Below, piece after piece: positions 1-16,060 of a DNA stretch of 64,000 nt (within the stretch, counting starts at the first letter, position 1; each line of letters starts with the position of its first letter). The translations under genes and the position numbers were made by a program. The notes beneath the pieces were generated by a model. The model made no database searches. It was not told the DNA's origin and worked only from the letters and a program-made list of their open reading frames with translations. The stretch is taken from NCBI RefSeq assembly GCF_009914755.1, contig NC_060927.1; one strand, given 5' to 3'. This DNA is from the human T2T-CHM13v2.0 reference genome, Homo sapiens.

Positions 1-117
1 GTAGAGACGGGGTTTCACCATGTTAGCCAGGATGGTCTCAGTCTCCTGACCTCGTGATCCGCCCGCCTCGGCCTCCCAAAGTGCTGGGATTACAGGCGTG
101 AGCCACTGCGCCCGGCC
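1..117 (-). mobile_element. Alu (AluY/Sc-like), left arm, cut by the window edge
   Basis: gtagagacggggtttcaccatgttagccaggatggtctc...gtgagccactgcgcccggcc. Confidence 0.93.
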
Positions 118-3100
118 TGTTCCTAGTATGTTTCATGTGGGATGGCAGGTTTTCCAAATCCTAGTTTCCACTGAGTCATCGGTGAGTCCAATAGAGGGAG
201 GATTCTAGCCTGATGTCAGACGTCCTGCTTGGCAGACTAATGAAGGACTTTTTTTTTTAAAAAAATGTATTTTTAACACAGATTGGTGTATTTGTATATC
301 TTCAGTAAGTTTCAGTTTTAGCCAAGAAATAATCTTTCATAACATTTTTCATGAGAAAGCATAGAATGATTTTCTAGAAAGTTTAATGGCAAGTTGTGTT
401 AGATGAAAAGGAAACATTTTTAAGGACACTATGCTTCTTGGGTATTCTTGAGCCCTTGTCTATAGATAATAGCCGGTTACAATGTACAGTTTTCATATTT
501 GGAGGGGACATGGGAAACTACTCACTTAACTTGGAGTTAATATTTTGGTGCTCTGGAAACATCTGAGTTTGGAACTGTGCTGTGCACATCTCTAACTGGT
601 TTAATTGCCCAGTCTCTCAGTGTCTTAGCACTCTCAGTGTTTTATGCTCAATCTCTGTGTCTTGTTATGACTATTTGGCTCAACGTAGTGTTTTGAACTA
701 GTGATTAGGAAGTGGTAGCTGCTGCTGTTTTATTATTTTATTGCTTTACTCTGTGACTACAGACAGATTTAATTGTTGGATGTATTTCTTAATGGGATAA
801 TTATTTAAAAACATTCCCAGTTACTTTAAAAGCGTATGTGAATATTACCCATCAGTTTTGTCTTGACCTTGCCTTTGGCTCCTTGAGTGTCTCTGTTCAT
901 GTGACAGCTTTCCAGCTCATCCTTAATGTCATACTCGAGCTGTTTATCTTAGTGAGGTAGTGTGGGCCTAAAATGAAATAATATATATCAAAAGCACCTG
1001 TGGGGGAAAGCACATCTGAATGCCAAGCAGTACTTAGTTACTGCAAGTGCTACTTCTACCAATATTTTTCTTCCTTTCTGCCCCTTTAAAGAGAGGTTGT
1101 CCCTTTTTAATAGATATATGACAGCTCTGCTTCCTTTCTTAAGTCTAAGATCAAAGAAATGTTGTAATAAAGGGGAGTCACTCCCTCCCATTCCTTCTCT
1201 CTTTTTGTGGATGTTGTTCTGTTTTTTAAGAGCGATCAGGTCTTGACATTAGTGGATGCAGCTGTTGGGCTCCCAAGCTCTGCCTTTCATCTCTGGGTCA
1301 CCACTGCAGACAGCATCCTTCATCTCTGTCATGGTGTAAAGACACCACTGTGGGGGAACAGTGCGTTGCAGGTTAAGTACATGAAGTATTTCTAGAGATC
1401 CTAGCCACCTTTGCCGTTCATTGTTGTTTGGATGCACTTTTCTTTGAAATGACATGGAATGTTTGGCAGAGATGTCAATCAATAGAAGAGTTTCTCTGCT
1501 TTAGAGGTACCTAAACCTCACCAACTTCTTGTAAATTGGAAGACTAGCTCCAAAAAAGTAAAAGGGGTTGGGGGGAAGAACAAAACTTTTACTGGCAGGT
1601 TTTTTTCTAGACATAAACACAGTTGAATGGAAAGGATAATAGGGATCGAAGCCTGTCTTGCTCTATGAGAGTGAATGAGCTAGTGTTAGACTTTAATACT
1701 GGAGAAAAATAACATCTACCTTTTTTTTTTTTTTTTTAAATGAGGCAGTCAGTGCAGTCTAACTGATGAAAATTAAAGGTCAGTTTCTTCAGTGCCCCAC
1801 CTCAGTGCATGCCTTGGGCCATGTTAATAATGACAATCCCATTATTTCCTTGCAGTAGGCAGGAAATGCTGTCTACACCCATTAGATTTGTTTGAGTGGC
1901 CCCTGGCTGGAAATGAAGAAAATTTAATTTTCTAATTTGCAGGGAGGAAAAAAAAAAAAGCATACAGTGCTACATAGAGGTTGATTCTTGGGCTGGAAGG
2001 AGTGTCATTTTTAAAAACTTGAAATTCTGAATCTCTATTATTGAGACATTTGGCCCTAATCCACACTGAAATCATGTATGGATTTACGTGCAAGTTAGGT
2101 GTCTAGGAAACCTTTTTAAATATTGTCAGAATTGGCACAATTGTGGACGTTTTAACCACATGTTTGCAAACTGCCTAGTTGCTCACATGTCCCACTGGCT
2201 GCTGGAAACTTGCTTGAAGGAGGGCTTTGTCAGAGCTTTCTCTCGGAATATTAGTTTTGCTTTTCAGAAGCAACATTCATGTTGAAGAAAATCTGTATAT
2301 TCATTAGGGTAATCAATTACTTTGTGGTTTCAATAACAAGAAGAAAATATTATTAGTGTTACAGAGGAAAAAAATGTGAACCTGTCTTTGTACATTCTAA
2401 TCATATTGCCTTGCAGAGTTACATTTCCTAATCTTAGGGCTGACTTGGTTTCTGCTACTGTTATGTCCTTTAAGAATGAGATCCTTAATTTTCTTTTTTT
2501 TTTTTTTGTAGCAAGTTGATGTCCCTCTTACATTTTTCCTTTTTATATAAGCCAAAAGATTTTTATTGCTATTTTGATATATTATTTGGTTTATTGGGAT
2601 GTTCTATTACAGATCCTCAGTTGGTATATAATTCATTCTAAGATACTCAATATCACATTTTCCCATGAAATACATAATGAGAAGAGGACCTTAAGTTGAA
2701 AGGACTTGCTTGAAATCAGAGGAGTATTAGTAGCCAATACTACAAGAAGCAGACATTCAGTCTTTGTGTCTAGAGGAGGCAGAGTAAATCATCTCATTTT
2801 AATGGATCTGTAGTTTCTATTAAACAGAACCTGTCATATTAGCACCATAACTTCCGGTCATATATTTGTTTTGTATTGACTGTACATATAGAGCTTCTTT
2901 GTTGCTTCTTGAAATGATATATTGGAAAAACAAGGAGTTTCTACCATCTTCATAGGAGCATATCAATGAACCAAGAAAGTTTTATGAACATTTTCTTTTC
3001 TCCGTGTCCTAATTCCCAAAACCTTTAGCAGTTTGCCTAGAGCAGTGACCATTTTGCCTCTGACATTTTGTTTCTGGTTTTCATCAAAACCAACATCTTC

Positions 3101-4689
3101 CATAATGTTTATTTTCCTTATTTATTTGTCACTATTAATGCTTACAGGAAGCAGCAAAGCATGGAATTCTTTACTTTTTTAATAAGTGTAGTACTAGTGT
3201 AACTTATATGTGTGTTTTGTAGAAATACATTTTGATGATAGCACGTAACATAATACATATTTGGGAGCATTTTAAAAATATTTTCTGAATTTATATTTCA
3301 CTTAAAAAAAAAGAGTGAGGTTTCTAGTGGCATTTTTGATATTAATAGTAAGAAGTCCTGTGATCCATACACCTTCCCAGTGGGTTTTTGGATAAGTCTC
3401 AGATTAGTTCTCCTCAGGACTCCTGACACTAATTGTTCTCCATGGCATGGGGGAATTTGAAGCTTATATATAAAGGACTTAAAAGGCTTTGAAAAATTTC
3501 TCCTGATACTCGGCATTTGGGAGTCAAAAGTTTGCATCTGAAAAATTGTTTTCTTGATTGAGAATTTAGGTTTGAAAGTGACTTTATGGATTATTAACTG
3601 GCCACCTGGCCTCTGTTATAGATTGTCTGACCTATTTATTTGAAATTTATCTAGTATACTTAAATTTGGCAAGAAATCAGGGCACAAATACAAGTTAGGC
3701 GTATTGTTTATTTTTCTAAGTCAATAACGCAATTCATTTTGCCATGGAAAAGTAATCATGGAAAACATTAATACCTGATAGACTGTATAAACTTGCTTAA
3801 CTTTTAGCATAATGATACTTTTTTCCAGGATGCTGACCGGATGGTTTTATGTAAGGATGTTTATCTATAGTCCAGTGAATTAAAACTTTTAGGTATATAG
3901 AGGGCATGTATTACTTATTCCTAGGGCAGTTCCTTTTGAATGATTTCACTTATTGAGAACTGTCATTTTGAAATGTTTCAAACCAATTAGGCATCTTTAG
4001 ATCTAAATCTTCCAGCCTTCAGCTTTAGGGAATACATATTTGGATTTGCAAGAATGTGAAGATTTAGCCAGGTAGTCACTTCCTATTAGCTGTGAGAGGT
4101 CTTCGGACTCAATTGACTGGTGCTTGTTAAATATCTGTTTTTTTGGAGAATTTGTTTCCCTCCCGAAGAGAGAACCCTCATAGTCAGTGGGGCCCATTGA
4201 CAATTCTCAAATACTATCTTTTAGGATTCTCGTGACTCAGTTTTGTAGTGAACTTTTGAATAAATATAAGTAATGAAAGATGGTAGATTTAATTTAAAAG
4301 TCTAGATTCTTTTAGATGTCAGTCAGTCCTGTTGCTAGGGTGGGGGGTGGTAGTGGTGTGTTCCCTCAGGTGAGAGTGTAGTGGTGGTGGTGGGCAGAGG
4401 GTAAGACACATTTATGAGTTGGCCCCACACCAGGCTTTTCTCTGTCTTCCCTAGGCCATGAGACTGATTACTTACCATGGTGAGAGAAAACCCTAAAGGC
4501 CCCCTCCACACTTCTCATTTGCCCTTTAGAAGACCTAGAAGATTGTAGGAACAGATAGATTGCATGAACTGGTACCTGAAGTTTAGGGAGCCATCAGTTC
4601 AATTAGTAGTAGTATTTATTTGAGTGTAGCTGTAAAGATGCGGCAAGAGAAGAAGCAGGGAGATGTCTAATTCCTCTGTTTGACTTTCC

Positions 4690-4800
4690 CACTAAAATCT
4701 AAATTCCTTGAAGGCAGAGACCGACACTTTCCTCTTCTCTTATATACAGAGACTGGCAAACAGACTGCTCAGCAAGTGTTTATTGAATGAATGATTTAAT
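4690..4800 (+). mobile_element. L2 3' end fragment
   Basis: aaattccttgaaggcagagac...ctcagcaagtgtttattgaatgaatg matches the L2 terminus. Confidence 0.65.
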
Positions 4801-4984
4801 GATGGAGCAGGACATGTTGTTTTGACACTGAGATGCCATGTGTTTGAACCAGGTGAAAACTTATGTTTGATTTTAATTTTAAAGACATGTTCTAATTATA
4901 ATTCTTACTATTGGAGGCATATGGAACTTTCAATCAAGAGGAATAACTGAGATACTTCAAATTATGTGAAGATAGAAAGGTTTT

Positions 4985-5060
4985 TCTTGTTCAGTCAATA
5001 ATTATTGCATTGCAGATAACAGAAACCCACTTAAGCTAGTTTAAGCAATAAAGGTTTGAG
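4985..5060 (-). mobile_element. Old MaLR (MLT1-type) LTR fragment
   Basis: ttgcagataacagaaacccacttaagctagtttaagcaataaagg resembles an MLT1 end. Confidence 0.45.
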
Positions 5061-5219
5061 GAAAATGAAGGCAGTGTTTCTATACCTCCTGAGCTCCTGG
5101 AACCAGCCCTGGGAAGTCACTGGAAGCACAGGTTGCATTTCATCTTTTCTTTGCTCTTCCTTCCCTGATATTTCTTTTTGCAGAGCCCATCCTATATGAA
5201 TAATGGATGCTTATTCTAA

Positions 5220-5571
<352 letters not shown>

Positions 5572-6271
5572 TACTTTTTAATAGTAAATTGAAGTTATGG
5601 GTGTTAGATATATTCTTTGCAAGCCGTTTTGAAGCAGATTCTTTTCCTAATGTGTCATGTACAATCTGTGGGGGAAGAAGGTTATATAAAGCAAGAATGA
5701 CTTCTATTCAACAAAATAGTGATATTCTATATTTTCCTGTCTCTTTTGTTTCTTTCTTTAAAATGAACTACAGTGAGACATGGCCAGATTGATTTCTTCC
5801 CTTAAATTGTCTCAGAAACTGTACCCAGTCCACTAATTGCTTTGTTCAGCGGACAGGAAATGGTTATATTTGCACAAGTTACACAATCTTAACTAAGTCG
5901 GGGCAAAGAACCAAAGAGATCTCTGATCTTTTTTTCCAGCATTAACCTTTCAGTTCCACAAACTAATGCATGATGCATAAACCAGGTTACTAGGGGACAC
6001 TTATCAAAAACCATAAACTTATTTATCTGAATGACTTTCTGTTTAGGGATACTAAGAAAAGAAGTTACGTGAGGTAATCATGCTGGTGCTGAGGTTAAGT
6101 TTGTGCAGTTTCACTTCTTCCTGAATAGTTTTTTTATACATGCAATAAAGGACATGTCCGGAAGCTGATCAGTGCCAGCATGACCATGAAGTGCTCAGTC
6201 CCCATTCCTTCTCTCCTTACCCCTCAGCCCCCTTGCAGGCTATATACAAATTTATTCTTTTCCTTTTCTAG

Positions 6272-6623
<352 letters not shown>

Positions 6624-6781
6624 ACTTTTCTCCTTCTTGAAAGTGGGATTTTCTCTTTATCATTGTTTGATTATTGTATAAGTATTATGATTGGCATTTT
6701 GCAATTTGAGCAGAGCTGATATTATATATGGTATTTCTAAGTACTTTTTTTTTTGACTCTGCCAAACTGTTAAGTCATTCT

Positions 6782-6818
6782 CCATCCATCTATCCATCCA
6801 TCCACCCATCCATCCATC
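6782..6818 (+). repeat. (CCAT)n microsatellite, imperfect
   Basis: ccatccatctatccatccatccacccatccatccatc. Confidence 0.9.
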
Positions 6819-7866
6819 CTCTTCTCATTTTGACTTCTATTAGTTATTTCCTGAAGCCCGTATATCACTGAGAAAAAGTTAATCTTAAGTGAATAACTTA
6901 GGTCAAAATGAGAGGAGAATGAAGAATTAAGTGAATGTAGGCAGAGTCAGAAAAAAAAATAGTGTCTCTCTTTAAAGCATTACTTTTTTTGGTGATGCCT
7001 TTGAAGGAAGTGGAATTGGTGTATGATCTAATGCTACAAAACCATATCTTGCTCTCATAGATTTTAAGATTTCTCTTTTGAATGATCCATTGCTGTCCTT
7101 TCTTTACACGTATCTTTTCTCCCTATCTTCCTTGTTAAATACATTTTTTCGTTATATACTTTTGAAGCAAGTCTTGATTTTTTTGTATTTTCCCCATTTT
7201 TCTTCAAATGTTCCACAGTTCCCTAAAATAAGATAGCATTTTTGTCTTTTTCTACAGTCTATTCTTTGCTGTTTACTTCATCCCCACCCACCGCCACCAA
7301 AAATGCCTTCAGAAAGTCCCTACCTTTTCTTGTACATTGTCCTTCTGTTCAGATTCTTGTATCGCTGATACTCTCCCCTGCTACCCATTCTCCTCCCAAC
7401 AGTTTTCTTTGATAGTGATATCTGCCTTGGAATTTCCACTGTGCCTGTTAAACTCTTTGAGAAGGATAATTCTGTCAACGTTTACTTCTCTTCCCCTTCT
7501 AGCCCCAAAGACTGAGGACAGTGTCCTCCTCATGCATTCCTGTGACGAGGAATCTGCACTGAGGTTTCTACTCTTTCCCTTACCAGGATTCTGAATTGTC
7601 TGTGACTGTCTGATATGATTGCTGATCTCTTTCCTGTTCTCAGATAGGACACAAGGGGTTCCATTCGGAGTTGGCTCAGGACATTCAGATGCCATTATTT
7701 TAGTAATGATCACATGATGTTTTGAGGGCAGCCTGAAAAAAATAGAGTCTCTAACAGAGGAGCTGGGTAAAATCAGAGTAGGACGATCTCTAATGCCTTT
7801 TCTAGCTCTCTTACTCTGATTTTGTGAATTTATCCTTAGGGACAGTTTTTCATCAGGATGAGACCC

Positions 7867-8421
7867 TGCTGTGGTCTGAATGTTTGTGTCTCTCTCCCCT
7901 CACCAAATTTATTTATATGTTGAAATCTAACCCCCAAGTTGATGGTGTTAAGAGGTGGGGCCTTTAGGAGACAGTTACATCATGAGGGTGGATCCCTCAT
8001 GAATGGCATTCACGCCCTTATAAAAGAAGCTTAAGGGCCAGGTGTGGTGGTGCGAATCTATAGTTCCAGCTATATGGAAGGCTGTGGCAGTGAGAAGATT
8101 GCTTGAGGCCAGGAGTTTGAGGCTGCAGTGAGTGAATAACCCCTGCACTCCAGCCTGGACAACATAGCAAGACTCTCTCTTAAAATAGATAGATAGATTA
8201 GATAGACAGCCTAAGGGAGCCTGATTGCCCCTCCACCATGTGAGGACACAGCAAGAAGGCACCATCTGTGAACCAGGAAAGGAGCCCTCACCAGACATCT
8301 GATTTGTTGGTGCCTTGATTTTGGACTTACCAACCCCGAGAACTGTAAGAAATGAATTTCTGTTGTTTGTAATTACCCAGGCTAAGGTATTTTGTTAAAG
8401 CAGACCAGATGGACTAAGTCA
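7867..8421 (+). mobile_element. ERVL-MaLR solo LTR (MSTC/MSTD-like), interrupted by an Alu monomer
   Basis: Starts tgctgtggtctgaatgtttgtgtc and ends ggactaagtca; 5-bp flanks gaccc/gcccc. Confidence 0.88.
8036..8206 (+). mobile_element. Free Alu monomer (FRAM/FAM-like) with (TAGA)n tail, inside the LTR
   Basis: ggccaggtgtggtgg...ctgcactccagcctggacaacatagcaagactc; TSD agcttaagg/agcctaagg. Confidence 0.85.
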
Positions 8422-9091
8422 GCCCCATAATGACCCGTTTTATATTTTTATTTATAATCTATCTGCTGCTTAATTTTGTGATTAGTGGCCAGCTACTGTT
8501 TACTCATCTTTTATTCATCTGTAAAACTCTTTTTAACTTGTCTTTGTAAGAAACGGTTGGCTAACAGATGAATTTTCAGGTTGTTCAGTTTTAAAATGTT
8601 TTACTTAAAAGGGTAAGACAACTCCCCAATGCAAAGTGTGACTTCAGAGATAACTTTCATTTCTTTGAAATGTAGGAAGTCCATAGCCATTGCTGGCTGA
8701 CATCTTTCTGCTCAATATGCTCCAGGGGAAGATTATCAAATTTTAGCTTCTGAGCTTTCAAATGGCTCTTATTATCAGTGGCATATTACATGAAACTGGT
8801 TTTGGGCTCTTCAAATTTATATTTTTGGCAAAGGTGTTGGGAGATTTGATTTCATTCGTCATCACTGCAGTACCTGGCGCATAGTAGGCTCTCCATTTGG
8901 TGTGTTGGATGAATGAAGAAAGTGATTCTGCTAGTCAGTGGGGTTTAAAAACAAGTGTCCACCAACTTAATGGGTCCCCATTGATCCTGAGTTCACCTCT
9001 GTTGCCCTGTATATATGTGACCCCATGTTTATTGCAACCTTATGGGCATCTCAGGCACTGCAGAGAACAGCCTCTTAAAATTTCTGGTAGA

Positions 9092-9398
<307 letters not shown>

Positions 9399-10339
9399 CT
9401 ATGTGCCATTTCTGGAGAACTGAAATAGTAGTGGACATACATAGGATTCATTTTAGTGTAGATATGACTTTTTAGTGAAACTTGAAGTCCTACTTCCTGT
9501 GTGTGAAATAGGGTAATAGGATCACACCCGAAGAAATGCCGCCTTGTTCAAAAGTGACAGGATCGCTGTTCAGTTTGGAATATTGGAAAGTGGGCAGGTT
9601 TATTTGGAAGCACTTTGTTTTTACTATATGTGTAAAACTCCAGGGAGCATTGAATAGGATATGAGGTGCTCCCTTTGGCTGTGCATTAGCAACGTGGCAG
9701 TTACTGATCTGTCATTTACTTTGAAAAGGAATTACAAAGTTTTGGCCTCATGCCTGGAGTAGCTCCAGATGGTCAGAAAAGATTTTTGTACTGAAATCAG
9801 AAAGTATATTGCAGTGATAGAATTGGGCTTGTCATGTTTATATTAGAACACTGGCTTCCCACTTTATTCCTCTGCAAAGTTTTTCTTTCTTTCTTTTTTC
9901 CCAGAGAGTGAGGGGAGGAAATTGTTGCTTTAGAGTTATGAGTCTAATATTTGGAATACTGTTGTTCTTGGTGATAATGATGTAGAGGTATGATTATGTG
10001 GTTAATGTAGTTACTTTGTCAACCTAAATACCCCTGATTCTTAGTATTTACAAAGGATGCATGAAGGCTTGGAATGTAGAGATACACCAAGACCATTGTA
10101 GCTGATGTAGAAATGCAGGTAAGAAGCTTCATTTGGGTTGCGTTTGCTTGTCTGATAACCTGGCTGTTAGCCCACAACTGTTATTTAGTAGCTTACCAAA
10201 CTTCATCTGTTCTGTCTTCCCATGATTCTGTGGTTGCTAGGGGTAATGATGACGTTTGGGTGTTCAATATGGGTGGGAGGTGGGCCTGGGGAGATGAGCA
10301 GTGAGGCGATAATGATACTAACACCAAGTTTTGCCATTT

Positions 10340-10700
10340 TAGGCATTAGAGCATCTTAAATTCCACATATGATCTTGTGTACCTTCATATCAACCCTGGA
10401 AGGGGAACGATGTGATTCCTATTTTCCTGATGAGAAAACTGAGACTTTGGGAGGTAATATCTGCCCAAGGCAATATCTAGGTAACTCCCTTCTGCAGCCT
10501 GTTTACATATAGTTTTGGCGAAAATGACTACAATTTCCTGTCCTTTCAGGACAGAGGTGGCTACAGGCTTCAGGAAATAAAGCTCATTTTCCTCTGGGAA
10601 ACTCAGGACTTGTCTGGGTTGAGCCATTTAGTAAAGCTTGGTCACAAGGCTCAGATTAAGACCTGGATCTACGTGCTGCTGTTCCCAGACTGCTTTCAGT
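10340..10700 (-). mobile_element. MIR fragments
   Basis: gatgagaaaactgagact...ctgcccaagg and ggaaactcagg...taaagcttggtcaca core-like segments. Confidence 0.55.
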
Positions 10701-12434
10701 TACTCTTGTGGTTACTGAGTAACTTGGGAGTTAGAAGAACATTAACAAAGTTTTGTGTTTTCGAAGAAAATGCTACACATGGAGAAGTGACACTAAGTTG
10801 CATACTTCAGAAAGGAATTTTTATCTGTTTTGAGATTCTGGTCTATACATTGAAAATGAACTAATTTTGATTATTATACTTTTAATTGGTTGCACGAGTG
10901 TGTGAACATAGGCAGCTCTTTTGAAGCACTTTTACTGAAAAGTGTAAAAATTTTTGTTGCTGTTGTTCAGTAGCAGACATATACAGTACTCTCTTTTTGA
11001 GACATACACAATATTCTCTTATTGTGGATTTAGGGGTCTTGTACCAGATCACCCTTTTCTCAGATTGCAGCTCTTCCTCCTTGCTTTATGTAGAGTGGTT
11101 TCTAACTTGGTTCTTTCTCCTGTGCAGATATAAGACTTGGTCCGCAGTCTCCTACCCTCACCCAGTCTTCCATGAGCTATCAAAATCCTCCTCTAGGCTT
11201 TTATTATTTTGCTTCCTAATTTTGTCCTTTTAAATTTCCACTGTTTAGATATTATTCAGACAGCAGTGGTATTTTTCTGTATATAATGTGGCGCTGTAAT
11301 TAGTTTGAGTTCTTTTGGGGTTGTGTCTTAAACAGCGAGAATGGCCTGATTGATGTGCTTTTTGAAGTCTTACTACCTTTTTGATGAGAAGGATGAAAGT
11401 GGTGTGGAGATGAGTTTCTCTGGCTTACTGTAAATCTGATCTGTGAGGCTTTTCTGCGTTCACTAAGGCACCAGAGTCGGACTCTGCTTTTTTTCTTGTT
11501 TGATGTTACTTTATTACACTTATGAATGAAATACTAATGCTGTTATTTTATAGAAGATCATAAAATAAAAGTACACTTTCTTAGTGTTTTATGTTTCTTT
11601 AAAAAGATAATTACCGTGAGTCATAGAGCTACAATTACATCAAGAGTTTCCTATACGAAGCAAAGTCTCTGGTGGGTTTTTGGTACAGTCTTTGCACCTG
11701 GATCAGTGGAGCAAAATGTCATCACACTTGAAAAAAAAATTACTTAACAGGCCCATTAAGAATCTTCAGAAGTTTGCATCTTGTTAGGGATTTGTGGTCC
11801 AAGAGTTAGTACTACAGAACAGGCTCTTTTGTAGACCTAGGGAAACCAGTTTGTTTCTCTGCCACTTAACCTGCAAGACTTATTATAGGTGTTTCCTTCT
11901 CCTGTCTGTTTTGAAGAGACTTCCTCTGGGAATTAATGGTAGAATACTTATGACTCCTGAGAGCAGAGAACGTTCAGGCCATCATCATCTTCTCCCTCTG
12001 GGCTGTACATGGCCTCCCTGTGTCTCTACTGCCTGTCATACCTCCCCACTCCTCCACCTCAGTCACAGGGCGACTGCCTTGCTTTCGGTCTACCTTTCCC
12101 AACTCTTCAGGCTCATCCTGGTGGATCCCATTCTGTAGCCCCTGCTGCTCTTTTCAGGGGATTCTATTTTGTCTTATACACTTTTGTCATTTAGTTACCC
12201 ACCTATTCCCCCCAGTGGACTCCCATTCTGGGCTCCTGCAGAGGGCTTGTAAGTTCACCTTTATATCCCCAGGGTCAGAGCTGATGCTCTGCCGAGTGAA
12301 TGGGGAAGCGCCAGAAAGAACAGAAGCTAATGATGGACTGGCTTGACCATGGCTCCCACTTTCAATACTCATCCCTCTGTTTCCTCAGACATTTTACTTG
12401 AATTAATTTTGTAGTTCTCCTTCTGAACTGCTGA

Positions 12435-13035
<601 letters not shown>

Positions 13036-13500
13036 GGTCTTCAGGGAGGGGACATAACATCATTCCCCTCCTGAAACTCCATATTCCTTTGTAAATCTTA
13101 TTCTGTGTTACATATTTTCCTGTCCTTCATTTAGTTATTTAGGTCAGCTTCTTGTACTTCTGCTGCAAAACGTTGCTGTCAATTTACTTGACCTGGTAAC
13201 CTCCCGGTGAGTTTCGCCAGGGCTGCCAGTCAATTTAGCAGGTCACTCTAGTACCTGTGGGAGGGTGAGGGCATGGAATCCTCAGGAGAGGGCTCTGCTG
13301 TTGGCTGCTGTCTCCACTTGAAGTGGACAGTTTTGAATATCTTAATAAAATCAAATCGGATGTTCTTAGGTATTCATTCATTTTATTTTCCTAAGCAAAA
13401 TGTTTTGTAAAATGCTGCTTTTACGTGGCTAGAGCCACTAAATATCTCTATTAATACTTTTAGGCAAAGGTTGAGATCTTTGAAGAATTAGTGGGTTTTA

Positions 13501-13576
13501 AAAATTTACTTATTTTTATTTTTTAATTTTAAGTTCTGGGATACATGTACAGAACGTGTGGGTTTGTTACATAGGT
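13501..13576 (-). mobile_element. Extremely 5'-truncated L1PA 3' end
   Basis: ttttaagttctgggatacatgtacagaacgtgtgggtttgttacataggt; TSD gaattagtgggtttt/gaatgagtgggtttt. Confidence 0.85.
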
Positions 13577-13939
13577 GAATGAGTGGGTTTTTTAAGTTGT
13601 TTTTGCGTGCCTTTAGTCTTACTGGTTTGCCTTAGTTTCTCTACTCTCCAGACTGCTGTGCTGACTTTTCATAGCTATCTGACTTTTCAGTCCAGTGCCC
13701 TTTTGATGCTCTGGCCAGGTGGCTCTTGTTTCAGCTTCACTGGGAGGGAGTTGTGGAATCTGGCTGACAATCCCATTTAGTCTTCTTCAATTTAATTGGC
13801 CTTTTCCCCTTTCAGATTCCAAGTAGGGGAATAGCCTAAAGCCATTTTAGGGGGGCTACTAAAGCAGTTTACAAGGTGATGCCTTATATTTAAATACCAC
13901 CGTATTTCCAAATCTGTTTCTATTATATATATCGTTTAT

Positions 13940-14125
13940 TGTAGCATTCTCACAGTGACCCTGTGGTGTGAACACAGTGACTATTATCCCAGTTTTCAGA
14001 TGAGAAAACCTAGTCTGAGAGTTGTGTGCCTTTCCTTACTTAGGGCACTGTGGCAAATAAAGGGAGAAGTCAAGCTACTGCTTCCATTCCAGTCTCTGAA
14101 TTCCAGGTCCCCTGCTCCCTTTTCT
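13940..14125 (-). mobile_element. MIR
   Basis: attctcacagtgaccctgtgg...tattatcccagttttcagatgagaaaac. Confidence 0.65.
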
Positions 14126-14704
14126 TTCCAGGGCATGTATGATGTCTCAAGGTTGGCTAACCTCTAATTGAAAATCTGTAGGTGCTTATCTTCTGCACTT
14201 TTGAAATGATATGAACGTGAAATATTTTCAACATGCTAACATTTTTCCAGGCCGTTATTAGGGGATTAAATCATCCTGTTACCGTAACTGCAATTTTAGA
14301 TGTTCTGGTGCTAAACTGAGATCTGTCAATAGAGTGCAACCTTTCGAAAGTCTTAAAAAATAGGGTACATCTTGGACTCAAGAATTATGATATCAAAATA
14401 AGACCCTTGGCTATTTCCGGAGTGTGTTAGCCAATCTACCCTGTGGTTTTCTTTCTCTGGAATTGGTGAAGAAAGAGATAAACAAGATCCAAAACCAGGT
14501 CGCATGAAAGGATCAACACTCCCCTGGACATACAGTTGTTTGGGATAATCGTAAATCCTGCTGTCTGTAGTGGCTGACGAGGGGAGAAGAGCAGAATCCT
14601 AGCACTCCGGCTACTGACTGTGAAACTAATGTATCTTTGCTATCACATATTTAGCATTTACCTTTTACTTTAAGCCAAAAACACCTTACACTTTTCTTAG
14701 ATGA

Positions 14705-14920
14705 GCTTTTTAAAAACATTGTAATTTATGAAAAAAATTTGAACATAGACAAAAGTAGAGAATAGTAGTGGATCCCCCTGGACTTATTACCCAGCCTTGA
14801 CAATCAATCAGCTCGTGCCAGTCTTGTTTCATCTTTACCCGTTTTCATTCTCTGCTCCTTGCTGTAATATTCTGAAGCAAATCTCAGGCATATTATTTCA
14901 TCCTTCAATATTTCAGTATT
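14705..14920 (-). mobile_element. Old L1M (L1MC/ME-like) 3' fragment
   Basis: aaatttgaacatagacaaaagtagagaatagtag...gccagtcttgtttcatct...tgaagcaaatctcaggcatatt. Confidence 0.6.
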
Positions 14921-15829
14921 TTTTTCAGATAAGTTCTTTCGGAAATATATTTTCATCTAATTTAAAACAAAAAGTTTTCAGGAAAAATACAGGCATTTTT
15001 GCTGCAAAAATTGGTCAGGATTATGCAATTTCTAACTAATCAGCATTTTTCAAGGTTACTGGTTTTGGCTGACAAAATTTTTTTTCTTATATGTGGAAAA
15101 AATTATTCACAGTAACAAATGCGTGTTTTGATAGTGCTAAAAATTAGTCTATTTTTCAGACTTAATTATTCAATTAAAAAATAAGACACTTCATAAACTT
15201 TAAAACTATTGTGTAGAAACACACTGTTCTTCAGTTTTATGTGTTTTCAGTCATTATATTTCCCAGCTATTTCAAATAGGCTAAATATAGTATACCCTAA
15301 GCTTACTCAATCGTTAGTTTAGACTCAACTAATTTGGAATTTTCATTGAGTTGGATATAACTTTAATAGCAGGTTTCCATTCAAGCAAAGTATTTGCTAA
15401 TTGCAGGTGATTATTAAGGCAAAGTCTTAAGGATTTATAGAATAAGTAAATGGTTTTATGGGCTCATGGATCTTTAGGTATATATATATTTATACACCTT
15501 AATGGTATGAATTTAGCCTGACTTGGAAAAACTAACCTGGTTTATATGTGTATATAGTCCATTAATTGATTCACTAAAATTTTTATTTTGTTAAAAATAG
15601 TGAAATAAAATCAGAATTAATTTTTTTTTATTCTCTGTGAAGAGTCTTATGAAAGGTGGTCAGATTTATAAGTCAGATTGTGGCTAGTGAATCTTAGTTT
15701 TTCTCTCAAATACCTCAAGACAGCATGGAGGCTGGTTGTCACACACATTCAAAGGAACAAAATACTTATTAGCTAAAAAAGGGTATGCACATTTTTGGGG
15801 GCTTTGAAGCATATTGTAGGGCTTAGTAA

Positions 15830-16060
15830 TAATGACAGTGAAAATTAACATAGCGAGCACTTCCGTATGAAGTCATTTTCTCATTACCATGGTCTTACGA
15901 GGATAGATGTTGTATTTATCCTTGTTTTACAGATAGAAACTGAGACATGGAGAGTGAAGTAACTGGCTCCAATCCCAGTGCTAAGTGGTCAAGCCAGGGT
16001 CAGAATTGTAACAGTTGAGTTCATGAGTACTGGCCCTTAACAACTCTGCTGGAGTGCCTC
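15830..16060 (-). mobile_element. MIR
   Basis: ttttacagatagaaactgagacatggagagtgaagtaactgg...cccttaacaactctgct. Confidence 0.75.

Noticed and set aside
1720-1959. T18 and A12 tracts bracketing about 210 bp of unique sequence
   Set aside because: No TSD or recognisable insert; homopolymer runs are abundant in this intron.
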